Assembly (NCBI RefSeq): GCF_001040705.1
Contig: NZ_CVQP01000005.1
Coordinates: 24,675-48,674 of the forward strand
Length of the DNA: 24,000 nt
Origin: Rhodococcus sp. RD6.2
Lineage (GTDB): Bacteria; Actinomycetota; Actinomycetes; Mycobacteriales; Mycobacteriaceae
Reading direction: 5' to 3'
Translations under genes and position numbers: made by a program
Shown here: piece by piece, positions 7,445 to 14,280 of the stretch
How positions within the stretch are numbered: the first letter of the stretch is position 1
Layout of the letters: the number at the start of each line of letters is the position of its first letter
The notes under the pieces: model-generated
Told to the model about the DNA's origin: nothing
The model's input: only the letters and a program-made list of their open reading frames with translations
The model's database searches: none

Positions 7445-8770
7445 TCATCGCTCGATGATCGCGGTGACGCCCTGGCCACCCGCCGCGCAGATGGAGATCA
7501 GGCCGCGGCCGGATCCCTTCTCCGCCAGCATCTTCGCGAGCGAGGCCACGATGCGTCCACCGGTCGCCGCGAACGGATGCCCTGCCGCCAACGACGAACC
7601 GTTGACGTTGAGCTTGCTGCGGTCGATCTTGCCGAGCGCACTGTCGAGGCCCAGTCGCTCCTTGCAGTACTCGTCGGACTCCCATGCCTGCAGCGTCGCG
7701 AGCACCACGGAGGCGAAGGCCTCGTGGATCTCGTAGTAGTCGAAGTCCTGCAGCGTCAACCCGTTTCGGGCCAACAGACGCGGCACCGCGTACGTCGGAG
7801 CCATCAGCAGACCGTCGTCACCGTGCACGTAGTCGACGGCGGCGGTCTCGGAGTCGACGAGGTGCGCGAGCACCGGCAGGTTCCGCTGCGCCGCCCACTC
7901 GTCGGTGGACAGCAACACCGCGGACGCACCATCGGTCAGCGGGGTGGAGTTGCCCGCCGTCATCGTCGCGTCGCCGAGCTTGGTACCGAACACCGGCTTG
8001 AGAGTCGCGAGCTTCTCCACCGTCGATCCGGGCCGCAGGTTGTCGTCGCGGGTGAGGCCGAGGAACGGGGTAACCAGGTCGTCGAAGAACCCGCGGTCGT
8101 AGGCGGCTGCCATGTTCTTGTGGCTGGCGGCCGCGAGCTCGTCCTGATCCTCACGGCGAACACCGAACTCCTTGGCGGTGATCGCGGCGTGATCACCCAT
8201 CGACAGTCCCGTACGCGGCTCGCCGTTGCGGGGGATCTCGATGCCGACCATGGACGGTCGGACGTGGCCGAGCAGCTTGACGCGCTCACCGGTGGTCCGG
8301 GCACGGTTGATCGAGAGCAGGAACTCCCGCAGCTCGTTGTTCACGCCGATCGGTGCGTCCGACGTGGTGTCGGTGCCGCCGCCGATGCCGGCATCGATGC
8401 GTCCCGCTGCGATGGCGTCGCCGACCGCGACGATCGACTGCAGGCCGGTGCCGCACGCCTGCTGCAGGTCGTAGGCCGGGGTGTAGGGGCTCAGCGCGCT
8501 GCCGAGCACCGACTCGCGGATCAGGTTGAAGTCGCGTGCGTGCTTGAGGACGGCGCCGCCGACGACCATGCCAAGCTGCTCGCCCTGCAGGTTGAAGCGG
8601 CTCACCAGTCCGTCGAGCGTCGCGGTGAACATGTCCTGGTTGGATGCCTGCGCGTACGCCTTGTCGGAGCGCGCGAAGGGAATCCGGTTGCCGCCGACGA
8701 TGGCGACGGGACGCAGCTGACGGCCGGTCGGTGCGGCCGGCTTCTTGGTGGTACGCGCTCTGGGGGTCAC
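7445..8770 (-). CDS. fadA2: Acetyl-CoA C-acyltransferase (thiolase), FadA2-like (441 aa)
   Basis: [38 protein letters not shown]..., QQACGTGLQ (active-site Cys), [20 protein letters not shown] and [10 protein letters not shown] are thiolase signatures and closely follow my recollection of M. tuberculosis FadA2 (Rv0243). The preferred start is GTG 8770, preceded by GGAGA. The track start at 8824 is a TTG that sits inside the palindromic operator. Confidence 0.88.
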   Translation of the reverse strand: MTPRARTTKKPAAPTGRQLRPVAIVGGNRIPFARSDKAYAQASNQDMFTATLDGLVSRFNLQGEQLGMVVGGAVLKHARDFNLIRESVLGSALSPYTPAYDLQQACGTGLQSIVAVGDAIAAGRIDAGIGGGTDTTSDAPIGVNNELREFLLSINRARTTGERVKLLGHVRPSMVGIEIPRNGEPRTGLSMGDHAAITAKEFGVRREDQDELAAASHKNMAAAYDRGFFDDLVTPFLGLTRDDNLRPGSTVEKLATLKPVFGTKLGDATMTAGNSTPLTDGASAVLLSTDEWAAQRNLPVLAHLVDSETAAVDYVHGDDGLLMAPTYAVPRLLARNGLTLQDFDYYEIHEAFASVVLATLQAWESDEYCKERLGLDSALGKIDRSKLNVNGSSLAAGHPFAATGGRIVASLAKMLAEKGSGRGLISICAAGGQGVTAIIER

Positions 8771-8823
8771 GGTGTCTCCATCTGGACGAGGTCTCCAAGT
8801 CGGCGTTTCCTGCCTCGACACCA

Positions 8824-8843
8824 AACTTACTTCAGAGTAAGTT
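8824..8843. promoter_or_regulatory. Operator site A: AT-rich palindrome AACTTACT-TCAG-AGTAAGTT in the fadA2 <> fabG4 divergent region
   Basis: Two perfect 8-bp inverted arms separated by 4 bp. The 16-bp core CTTACTTCAGAGTAAG is 14/16 identical to the core of site B (12089..12106). There are 53 nt to the fadA2 GTG and 58 nt to the fabG4 GTG. Confidence 0.6.
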
Positions 8844-8901
8844 AGTTTGTCGACACCGCATCCGCACCGGATGCACGAACACGCGACGAAGAAGGTGGAC
8901 C

Positions 8902-10248
8902 GTGGCAGCCAGCAAGGGCGCTCCCGACCTCTACTCCCAGTTCCTCAACTCCGCGCCGGGCGCATTCATCGCCAAGCAGGCCGGTCTGCCGCAGCCGGAG
9001 AACCTCCGTCGGTACAAGGCAGGCGAACCCGCCCTCGCAGGCCCGATCGTCATCGGCGGCAGCGGCAGGCTCGTCGAACCGTTGCGCGAACTGCTCTCCG
9101 ACTACCCCGCCGCCCTCCCCCACGACGACCGCTACGGCGCCCTCGTCTTCGACGCCACCGGCATCACCCAGGTCACCGAACTGGTCGAGCTGTTCGAGTT
9201 CTTCCAGCCGATCGTCCGCAAGCTCGCCCCGTCCGCCCGCGTCGTCGTCCTCGGCACCACCCCCGAAGAGACGTCCGGCATCGACGAGCACATCGCGCAG
9301 CGCAGCCTCGAAGGCTTCACCCGCAGCGTCGGCAAAGAGGTACAGCGCGGCGCCACCGCCCAACTCGTGTACGTCTCCCCGAACGCGTCGACCGGGCTCT
9401 CCGGGGTCGAGTCGACGCTGCGATTCCTGCTGTCCGCGAAGTCCGCGTTCGTCTCCGGCCAGGTGATCCGTGTCGGCGCCGCCGACTCCACCGCCCCGCA
9501 GTCGTGGGACAAGCCGCTCGACGGGAAGGTTGCCGTCGTGACCGGTGCCGCCCGCGGCATCGGTGCCACCATCGCCGAGGTCCTCTCCCGCGACGGCGCA
9601 CACGTCGTGTGCGCGGACATCCCCGCCGCGGGTGAAGCACTGTCCGAGACCGCGAACAAGGTGGGCGGCACCTCCCTCGCGCTCGACGTCACCGCCGCGG
9701 ACGCCGCGGACGTCCTCGCCACCCACCTGCTCGAGCGCCACGGCGGCGCCGACATCGTCGTCCACAACGCGGGCATCACCCGCGACAAGCTGCTCGCCAA
9801 CATGGACGAGTCCCGCTGGAACATGGTGATCGGCGTGAACCTGCTCGCACCGCAGAAGATCACCGAACACCTCGTCGCCAAGGGCGCACTCAAGAACGGT
9901 GGACGCGTCGTCGACGTCTCGTCCATCGCAGGCATCGCGGGCAACCGCGGCCAGACCAACTACGGCACTTCCAAGGCAGGTGTCATCGGCCTCGTCCAGG
10001 CCACCGCACCCGTGCTCGCCGCGAACGACATCACCATCAACGCCGTCGCCCCCGGCTTCATCGAAACCGCGATGACCGCGGCGATCCCGTTCGCCACCCG
10101 CGAGGCAGGCCGCCGCATGTCGTCGCTGCTGCAGGGCGGGCAGACCGTCGACGTCGCCGAAACCGTGGCGTACTTCGCGAGCCCGGCGTCGAACGCGGTC
10201 ACCGGTCAGATCGTCCGCGTCTGCGGCCAGTCCCTGATCGGCGCCTGA
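8902..10248 (+). CDS. fabG4: High-molecular-weight 3-oxoacyl-thioester reductase, FabG4-like SDR (448 aa)
   Basis: This is ORF 8644..10248 trimmed to GTG 8902 ([38 protein letters not shown]...). There is an N-terminal non-SDR domain followed by an SDR domain with [19 protein letters not shown] and the catalytic [21 protein letters not shown]. It is nearly colinear with my recollection of Mtb FabG4 (Rv0242c). Confidence 0.9.
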   Translation: MAASKGAPDLYSQFLNSAPGAFIAKQAGLPQPENLRRYKAGEPALAGPIVIGGSGRLVEPLRELLSDYPAALPHDDRYGALVFDATGITQVTELVELFEFFQPIVRKLAPSARVVVLGTTPEETSGIDEHIAQRSLEGFTRSVGKEVQRGATAQLVYVSPNASTGLSGVESTLRFLLSAKSAFVSGQVIRVGAADSTAPQSWDKPLDGKVAVVTGAARGIGATIAEVLSRDGAHVVCADIPAAGEALSETANKVGGTSLALDVTAADAADVLATHLLERHGGADIVVHNAGITRDKLLANMDESRWNMVIGVNLLAPQKITEHLVAKGALKNGGRVVDVSSIAGIAGNRGQTNYGTSKAGVIGLVQATAPVLAANDITINAVAPGFIETAMTAAIPFATREAGRRMSSLLQGGQTVDVAETVAYFASPASNAVTGQIVRVCGQSLIGA

Positions 10249-11150
10249 TGGCCGGCCGCAAGGGCACGGTCGTGCAGCTGCGTGAGCAGCCCGGCACCCT
10301 CGACAACTACGCGCGCGCCGCGTTCGGCGCACTGCCGTTCGTGAAGCCGTCCGGCCGCCGCAGCCTCCCGAAGGACACGCTCTCACTGTCGGGCCTGCGA
10401 ATCGACACCGACAACCTGGCGGCGTACGCGAGGGTGTGCGGGCTGCGCTTCGGCGACACACTGCCGATCACCTATCCGTTCACCCTCGTGTTTCCCACCG
10501 TCATGCGGTTGCTCACCGAACGCGAGTTCCCCTTCCCCGCAATCGGTTCCGTCCACGTCGAGAACGTGATCGAACAGCTGCGCCCGATCTCGGTGTCGGA
10601 ACCGCTGGACATCGCGGTGCACGCGGAGAACCTGCGCCCACACCCGAAGGGCACCCAGGTCGACTTCGTCAGCGAGATCAGCGTCGGGCGGGAACTGGTG
10701 TGGCGTCAGGTCAGCACCTTCCTGAAGATGCATCCCACCGACGCACCGAAGGAACCGAAGCAGGTTCACGCGGACGAGGTGCCGCCGCGCCCGATGCGGA
10801 CGCTGCGCGTCGACCAGAAGGCGATCAGCCGATACGCGGCCGTCTCGGGAGATCGCAACCCGATCCACGTGTCGTCCCTGGGCGCCAAGGCCTTCGGGTT
10901 TCCGGGCACCATCGCGCACGGCATGTGGAGCGCTGCGGCCGTGCTCGGCGCGGTCGAGGGACGCATCCCCGACGCCGTCACGTACAGCGTGAAGTTCGGC
11001 AAGCCGGTGGTCCTGCCCGCGACGGTGAACGTCTACGCGGACGCCGTCGCCGGTACGGAATCGGCACGCACCGGTAGCGGCTGGGACCTCGCCCTGCGGA
11101 ACCCGAAGAAGGGCTACCCGCACCTCACGGCAACCCTGCGCCCGCTGTAG
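10248..11150 (+). CDS. htdX: MaoC-like (R)-3-hydroxyacyl-thioester dehydratase, HtdX-like (300 aa)
   Basis: The start overlaps the fabG4 stop (TGATG, 1-nt overlap). The hotdog/MaoC motif is GDRNPIHVSSLGAKAFGFPGTIAHGMW. The C-terminus GWDLALRNPKKGYPHLTATLRPL matches my recollection of Mtb HtdX (Rv0241c). Confidence 0.88.
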   Translation: MAGRKGTVVQLREQPGTLDNYARAAFGALPFVKPSGRRSLPKDTLSLSGLRIDTDNLAAYARVCGLRFGDTLPITYPFTLVFPTVMRLLTEREFPFPAIGSVHVENVIEQLRPISVSEPLDIAVHAENLRPHPKGTQVDFVSEISVGRELVWRQVSTFLKMHPTDAPKEPKQVHADEVPPRPMRTLRVDQKAISRYAAVSGDRNPIHVSSLGAKAFGFPGTIAHGMWSAAAVLGAVEGRIPDAVTYSVKFGKPVVLPATVNVYADAVAGTESARTGSGWDLALRNPKKGYPHLTATLRPL

Positions 11151-11158
11151 CGGCGCCG

Positions 11159-11200
11159 CACTCGGCGCTCCGGAGTCGCAGGACTCCGGGGCGCCGAGTG
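11159..11200. terminator. Bidirectional terminator hairpin between htdX and the convergent small ORF
   Basis: CACTCGGCGCTCCGGAGTC-GCAG-GACTCCGGGGCGCCGAGTG is a 19-bp stem with one mismatch and a 4-nt loop. It starts 9 nt after the htdX stop. Confidence 0.65.
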
Positions 11201-11232
11201 GTCTCGGTCCGGCAACTGTGGCCGTGAGGCCG

Positions 11233-11442
11233 TCATCTCAACCGGCGTTTCCAGACGACTGCCGCAGTACCCCCCACAGCGACAGCGACAGCGACGGCGG
11301 CGACGATGAGGTACCAGATCTCCGAGGTGGGCGAGTACGGCGTGCGGTCGACCGCATCGAGCCCGACGCGGACGACGACGCCGCCCGCCACCCAGCAGAG
11401 TGCGACGAGGCCCGCCGTACCGAGCCGACGTCTCACGTTCAC
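11233..11442 (-). CDS. Small two-TM membrane protein (69 aa), hypothetical
   Basis: GTG start 2 nt after the TetR stop (TAG-CA-GTG). Two hydrophobic helices (LGTAGLVALCWVAGGVVV and IWYLIVAAVAVAVAVGGTAAVVW) are flanked by basic residues. G/C is high at third positions. I recognise no family. Confidence 0.55.
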   Translation of the reverse strand: MNVRRRLGTAGLVALCWVAGGVVVRVGLDAVDRTPYSPTSEIWYLIVAAVAVAVAVGGTAAVVWKRRLR

Positions 11443-11444
11443 TG

Positions 11445-12038
11445 CTACTTCTTCTTGCCCGCCAGACCGCGCCAGGCGAGATTCTCGAGCAGGTCCGCGG
11501 CCTTCTCCACATCGATCTCGCCGCCAGCGACCCGGTCCGCAACCGCCTCACCCGCGCCGACGAGCGCGACGGCCATGATGCCGAAGTCGGTGCCGGGATC
11601 GGGATCCTTCGTGCTCGATTCGAGCAGCTTCGCCGTCAGTTCGATCAGGCGGGCCCGACTGGTCCGAACCTGTGAGGCGAACGCCTGCTCGCCCATCGAC
11701 TGCCGGTACAGCACCATCCACGACGGGCGGTGCTCGTCGACGAAACCGAGAAATCCAAGGAGTGCCGCGCGCAGCTGCTCGCGCGGAGTGAGGGTCGGAT
11801 CGGCAGCGGGCGTGATGGCTTCGACGAACCGTTGACCCTCGCGGGCGATGCCTGCGGCGAACAGTTCGTCCTTCGAACCGTAGTAGAGATAGAGCATCGG
11901 CTTCGAGATCTCGGCTGCCGCGGCGATCGCGTCCATCGAGGTGTCGTGATAGCCCTTGGCGGAGAAAACCTCGACGGCCGCGTCGAGCATCTGCTGCTCG
12001 CGCACGGCCCGCGGGAGTCGTTTCGTTCCGCCTGCCAT
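11445..12038 (-). CDS. TetR-family transcriptional regulator (197 aa), positional equivalent of Mtb Rv0238
   Basis: TetR HTH: REQQMLDAAVEVFSAKGYHDTSMDAIAAAAEISKPMLYLYYGSKDELF. GGAGGAA RBS a few nt upstream of ATG 12038. Confidence 0.9.
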   Translation of the reverse strand: MAGGTKRLPRAVREQQMLDAAVEVFSAKGYHDTSMDAIAAAAEISKPMLYLYYGSKDELFAAGIAREGQRFVEAITPAADPTLTPREQLRAALLGFLGFVDEHRPSWMVLYRQSMGEQAFASQVRTSRARLIELTAKLLESSTKDPDPGTDFGIMAVALVGAGEAVADRVAGGEIDVEKAADLLENLAWRGLAGKKK

Positions 12039-12088
12039 CGTTCCTCCAGAGTATGGGCACCGACCTCGGCCGAGTCCCCAGTGGTCGA

Positions 12089-12106
12089 TCTTACTCTAGA
12101 GTAAGA
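12089..12106. promoter_or_regulatory. Operator site B: perfect 18-bp palindrome TCTTACTCTAGAGTAAGA, 50 nt upstream of the TetR start
   Basis: Perfect dyad symmetry. It is AT-rich in a roughly 69% GC background and shares CTTACT-N4-AGTAAG with site A. Confidence 0.65.
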
Positions 12107-12126
12107 ATTGGTGTCTCACCTGGCAT

Positions 12127-12200
12127 TGCGCCCGGAGCGTCACGACCATTCTGCCCGGAGCCTCGCGACCCCTGTGCACCGGAGCGTCGCGGCGACCCTG
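12127..12200. repeat. Three tandem direct repeats of 23-26 bp in the lpqI-TetR intergenic region
   Basis: R1 12127..12151 is tgcgcccggagcgtcacgaccattc. R2 12152..12174 is tgcccggagcctcgcgacccctg. R3 12175..12200 is tgcaccggagcgtcgcggcgaccctg. The conserved core is CCGGAGC(G/C)TC(A/G)CG...GACC. Confidence 0.8.
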
Positions 12201-12213
12201 CACCGCACTGCCG

Positions 12214-13416
12214 TCAGCAGTGCACGACACCCTTCGCGGTCGCCACCCGCAGCACCGACGCATCCACCTGGGACTGCGGCAACCGCCCCGCGGCCATCTC
12301 CGCCTCCAGGTGATCCAGCACGTCGGGCACCTCATCCGTCGTCAACCACAACGCAACGTCCGCGCCCGCCGTCAACGCCGCCGCCACGGCCTGCGGAACA
12401 TCCATCCGATCCGTGATCGCCCGCATCCCCGACAGGTCGTCCGTGAAGATCGGCCCCTCGAACGGCGGCGCCCCGTACCCGGTACCCGTCCGCAGCAACG
12501 ACATCGCGGCCGGACTGATACTCGCCGGAACACCCGGCGCCGTGAGACCCGGCACGTCCAGATGGCCGACCATCACGCCGACGCCCGTCGTCACGAGCGT
12601 GCGGTACGGAACCAGGTCCGACGTCTGCAGCTCGTCGAGCGGCGGAGTCGTCACGGCACCGGTGTGCGAGTCCCCCGACGCCGAACCGTGCCCCGGGAAG
12701 TGCTTGATCACAGGGAACACCCCGGCGTCGCGCAGCCCGTCGGCGTACTCACCCGCATAGGCCGTCACCACCTGCGGATCATCGGAGAAGGAGCGGTCAC
12801 CGATCACCGAGTCCGCGGGCTGCGCGCTGACGTCGACCACCGGGGCGAAATCGACGGTGATCCCGAGATCGCGCAGTCCGCGACCACGCTCGAGTGCCAT
12901 CTCGTACGTTTCCTCGGGCGTCATGGTCTGCGCGACCGTCCGCGGCGCCGGGTCCGCCCCGAGCAGGTCCGACACCCGCGACACCCGCCCGCCCTCCTCG
13001 TCGATGCTCACCATCACCGGCACGGTCGCCACGGCCTGCACCTGCGGGACCTGACGGTTCGCGAGCATCGCCTCATCGGTCCAGCTTCCGACGAAGATCC
13101 CCCCGACCTGCTCGTCCCGGACAACCGCGACGGCGTCCGCGGTCCCGGCCACTCCCACGTTGAGCAGCTGCGCCAGCCGCTGCCTCGGCGTGAGCCTCGC
13201 GAGGAAGTCTGTGCCGCACATCGGAGCCGCCATCGACGCGATTTCGGTCGTCGGAGCGGGCTCCGTCGTGGTGGCCGTCGTCCCGGTCGTCGAGGTGTCG
13301 GGGACCTCACCCTCCCCCGACTCCGAGTTCGCGCACCCGGCCACCAATCCGAGACCGAACAGCAAGGCCAGAACACGGGTCGAACGGGTTGCAGTCACCC
13401 TGCCAGGGTAGGCCAC
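12214..13416 (-). CDS. lpqI: Lipoprotein, GH3 beta-N-acetylglucosaminidase (LpqI/NagZ-like, 400 aa)
   Basis: Lipobox LFGLGLVAGC after a basic n-region. GH3 N-terminal domain blocks SIDEEGGRVSR and VIKHFPGHGSASGDSHTG. Its position next to the TetR and aftD genes is as for Mtb Rv0237. The start (GTG 13416) is uncertain by a few codons. Confidence 0.85.
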   Translation of the reverse strand: MAYPGRVTATRSTRVLALLFGLGLVAGCANSESGEGEVPDTSTTGTTATTTEPAPTTEIASMAAPMCGTDFLARLTPRQRLAQLLNVGVAGTADAVAVVRDEQVGGIFVGSWTDEAMLANRQVPQVQAVATVPVMVSIDEEGGRVSRVSDLLGADPAPRTVAQTMTPEETYEMALERGRGLRDLGITVDFAPVVDVSAQPADSVIGDRSFSDDPQVVTAYAGEYADGLRDAGVFPVIKHFPGHGSASGDSHTGAVTTPPLDELQTSDLVPYRTLVTTGVGVMVGHLDVPGLTAPGVPASISPAAMSLLRTGTGYGAPPFEGPIFTDDLSGMRAITDRMDVPQAVAAALTAGADVALWLTTDEVPDVLDHLEAEMAAGRLPQSQVDASVLRVATAKGVVHC

Positions 13417-13487
13417 GGCACCCGCCCGACCCAGCCCGGAACAGGTAGCCTGGCACCAGGATCGTTCCCCGGCACCAGGAGGTTTCG

Positions 13488-13955
13488 ATGCCCGCAGATC
13501 TGATGCTCATCGCCTACGACGGAACCGAGAACTCCAGGCGCGCAGTCGAATACGCCGGCCGCTTCCTCAGCTCCGAACGCGCCGTCGTCATCACGGCCTG
13601 GGAACCGATGGTGCGCCAGGCGGCCCGCATGTCGGGACTGTCCGGTGTCATGCAGCCCGAATGGGTGCCCGACGAGGACACCGAGGACATCGCCCTCACC
13701 GACGCCAAGACCGTCAACAGCGAAGGCCTCGAACTCGCTCGCAGCGTCGGCCTCAATGCCGAAGGCCGCACGGTCGAATGCGTCACCACCATCTGGACGA
13801 CTATCGTCGAGACCGCCGACGAACTCGACGCCGACATCATCGTCACGGGCACCCGGGGCACGACGGGACTCAAGTCGCTGCTGCAGTCGTCCGTCGCCGA
13901 CCACGTCCTGCGGCACAGCCACCGACCGGTGCTCATCGTCCCGCCCGGACGCTGA
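13488..13955 (+). CDS. Universal stress protein (UspA family, 155 aa)
   Basis: AGGAGG RBS 5 nt upstream. LIAYDGTENSRRAVEYA... and the C-terminal ATP-binding-type motif IIVTGTRGTTGLKSLLQSSVADHVLRHSHRPVLIV. Confidence 0.88.
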   Translation: MPADLMLIAYDGTENSRRAVEYAGRFLSSERAVVITAWEPMVRQAARMSGLSGVMQPEWVPDEDTEDIALTDAKTVNSEGLELARSVGLNAEGRTVECVTTIWTTIVETADELDADIIVTGTRGTTGLKSLLQSSVADHVLRHSHRPVLIVPPGR

Positions 13956-14073
13956 CGTCACGTTCACCGCGAATCGGGTGCACGGACCTGCGCCTGCCGA
14001 CCCGAATCCGGGCCCGCAGGTGATACCTTGGCGCGAACGTTTCCGTCAGGCAGCAGCAATTGGGAGATCCGAG

Positions 14074-14244
14074 ATGAAGTTCCTTGTCCCCGGTGTGGCA
14101 AGTGCAGTGATCGGCGCGGTCCTCGGACTGGCCGCGGTCTTCGGCGTCACCGCCGCCGCCTCGGACAACACCCGCCCCGACGTCGACCGGAGCGGCAACG
14201 CGAACTCCTCGCTGCTGAACCAGGTGGAGTACGGCAGCCGTTAA
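14074..14244 (+). CDS. Small secreted protein, DUF2613 / Rv0236A-like (56 aa)
   Basis: This is an internal ATG of track ORF 13645..14244, with a GGGAGA RBS 6 nt upstream. The product is MKFLVPGVASAVIGAVLGLAAVFGVTAAAS...SSLLNQVEYGSR. The signal/TM segment and the C-terminal 'L-N-x-V-E-Y-G-x-R' ending match my recollection of the small protein preceding aftD in mycobacteria. Confidence 0.75.
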   Translation: MKFLVPGVASAVIGAVLGLAAVFGVTAAASDNTRPDVDRSGNANSSLLNQVEYGSR

Positions 14245-14280
14245 CAGCAGTCCAGGGGAGAGCGGCCTGATCGCTCGCCC

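Noticed and set aside
7274-10461. A 523-aa plus-strand ORF (7274..8845) and a 539-aa minus-strand ORF (8842..10461), opposite fadA2 and fabG4
   Set aside because: These are shadow frames of genes with unambiguous thiolase and SDR motifs, and their sequence is low-complexity and Arg/Gly-rich.
12220-13503. A 427-aa plus-strand ORF opposite lpqI
   Set aside because: It is an Arg/His/Pro-rich shadow ORF. The minus strand carries the lipobox and the GH3 KHFPGHG motif.
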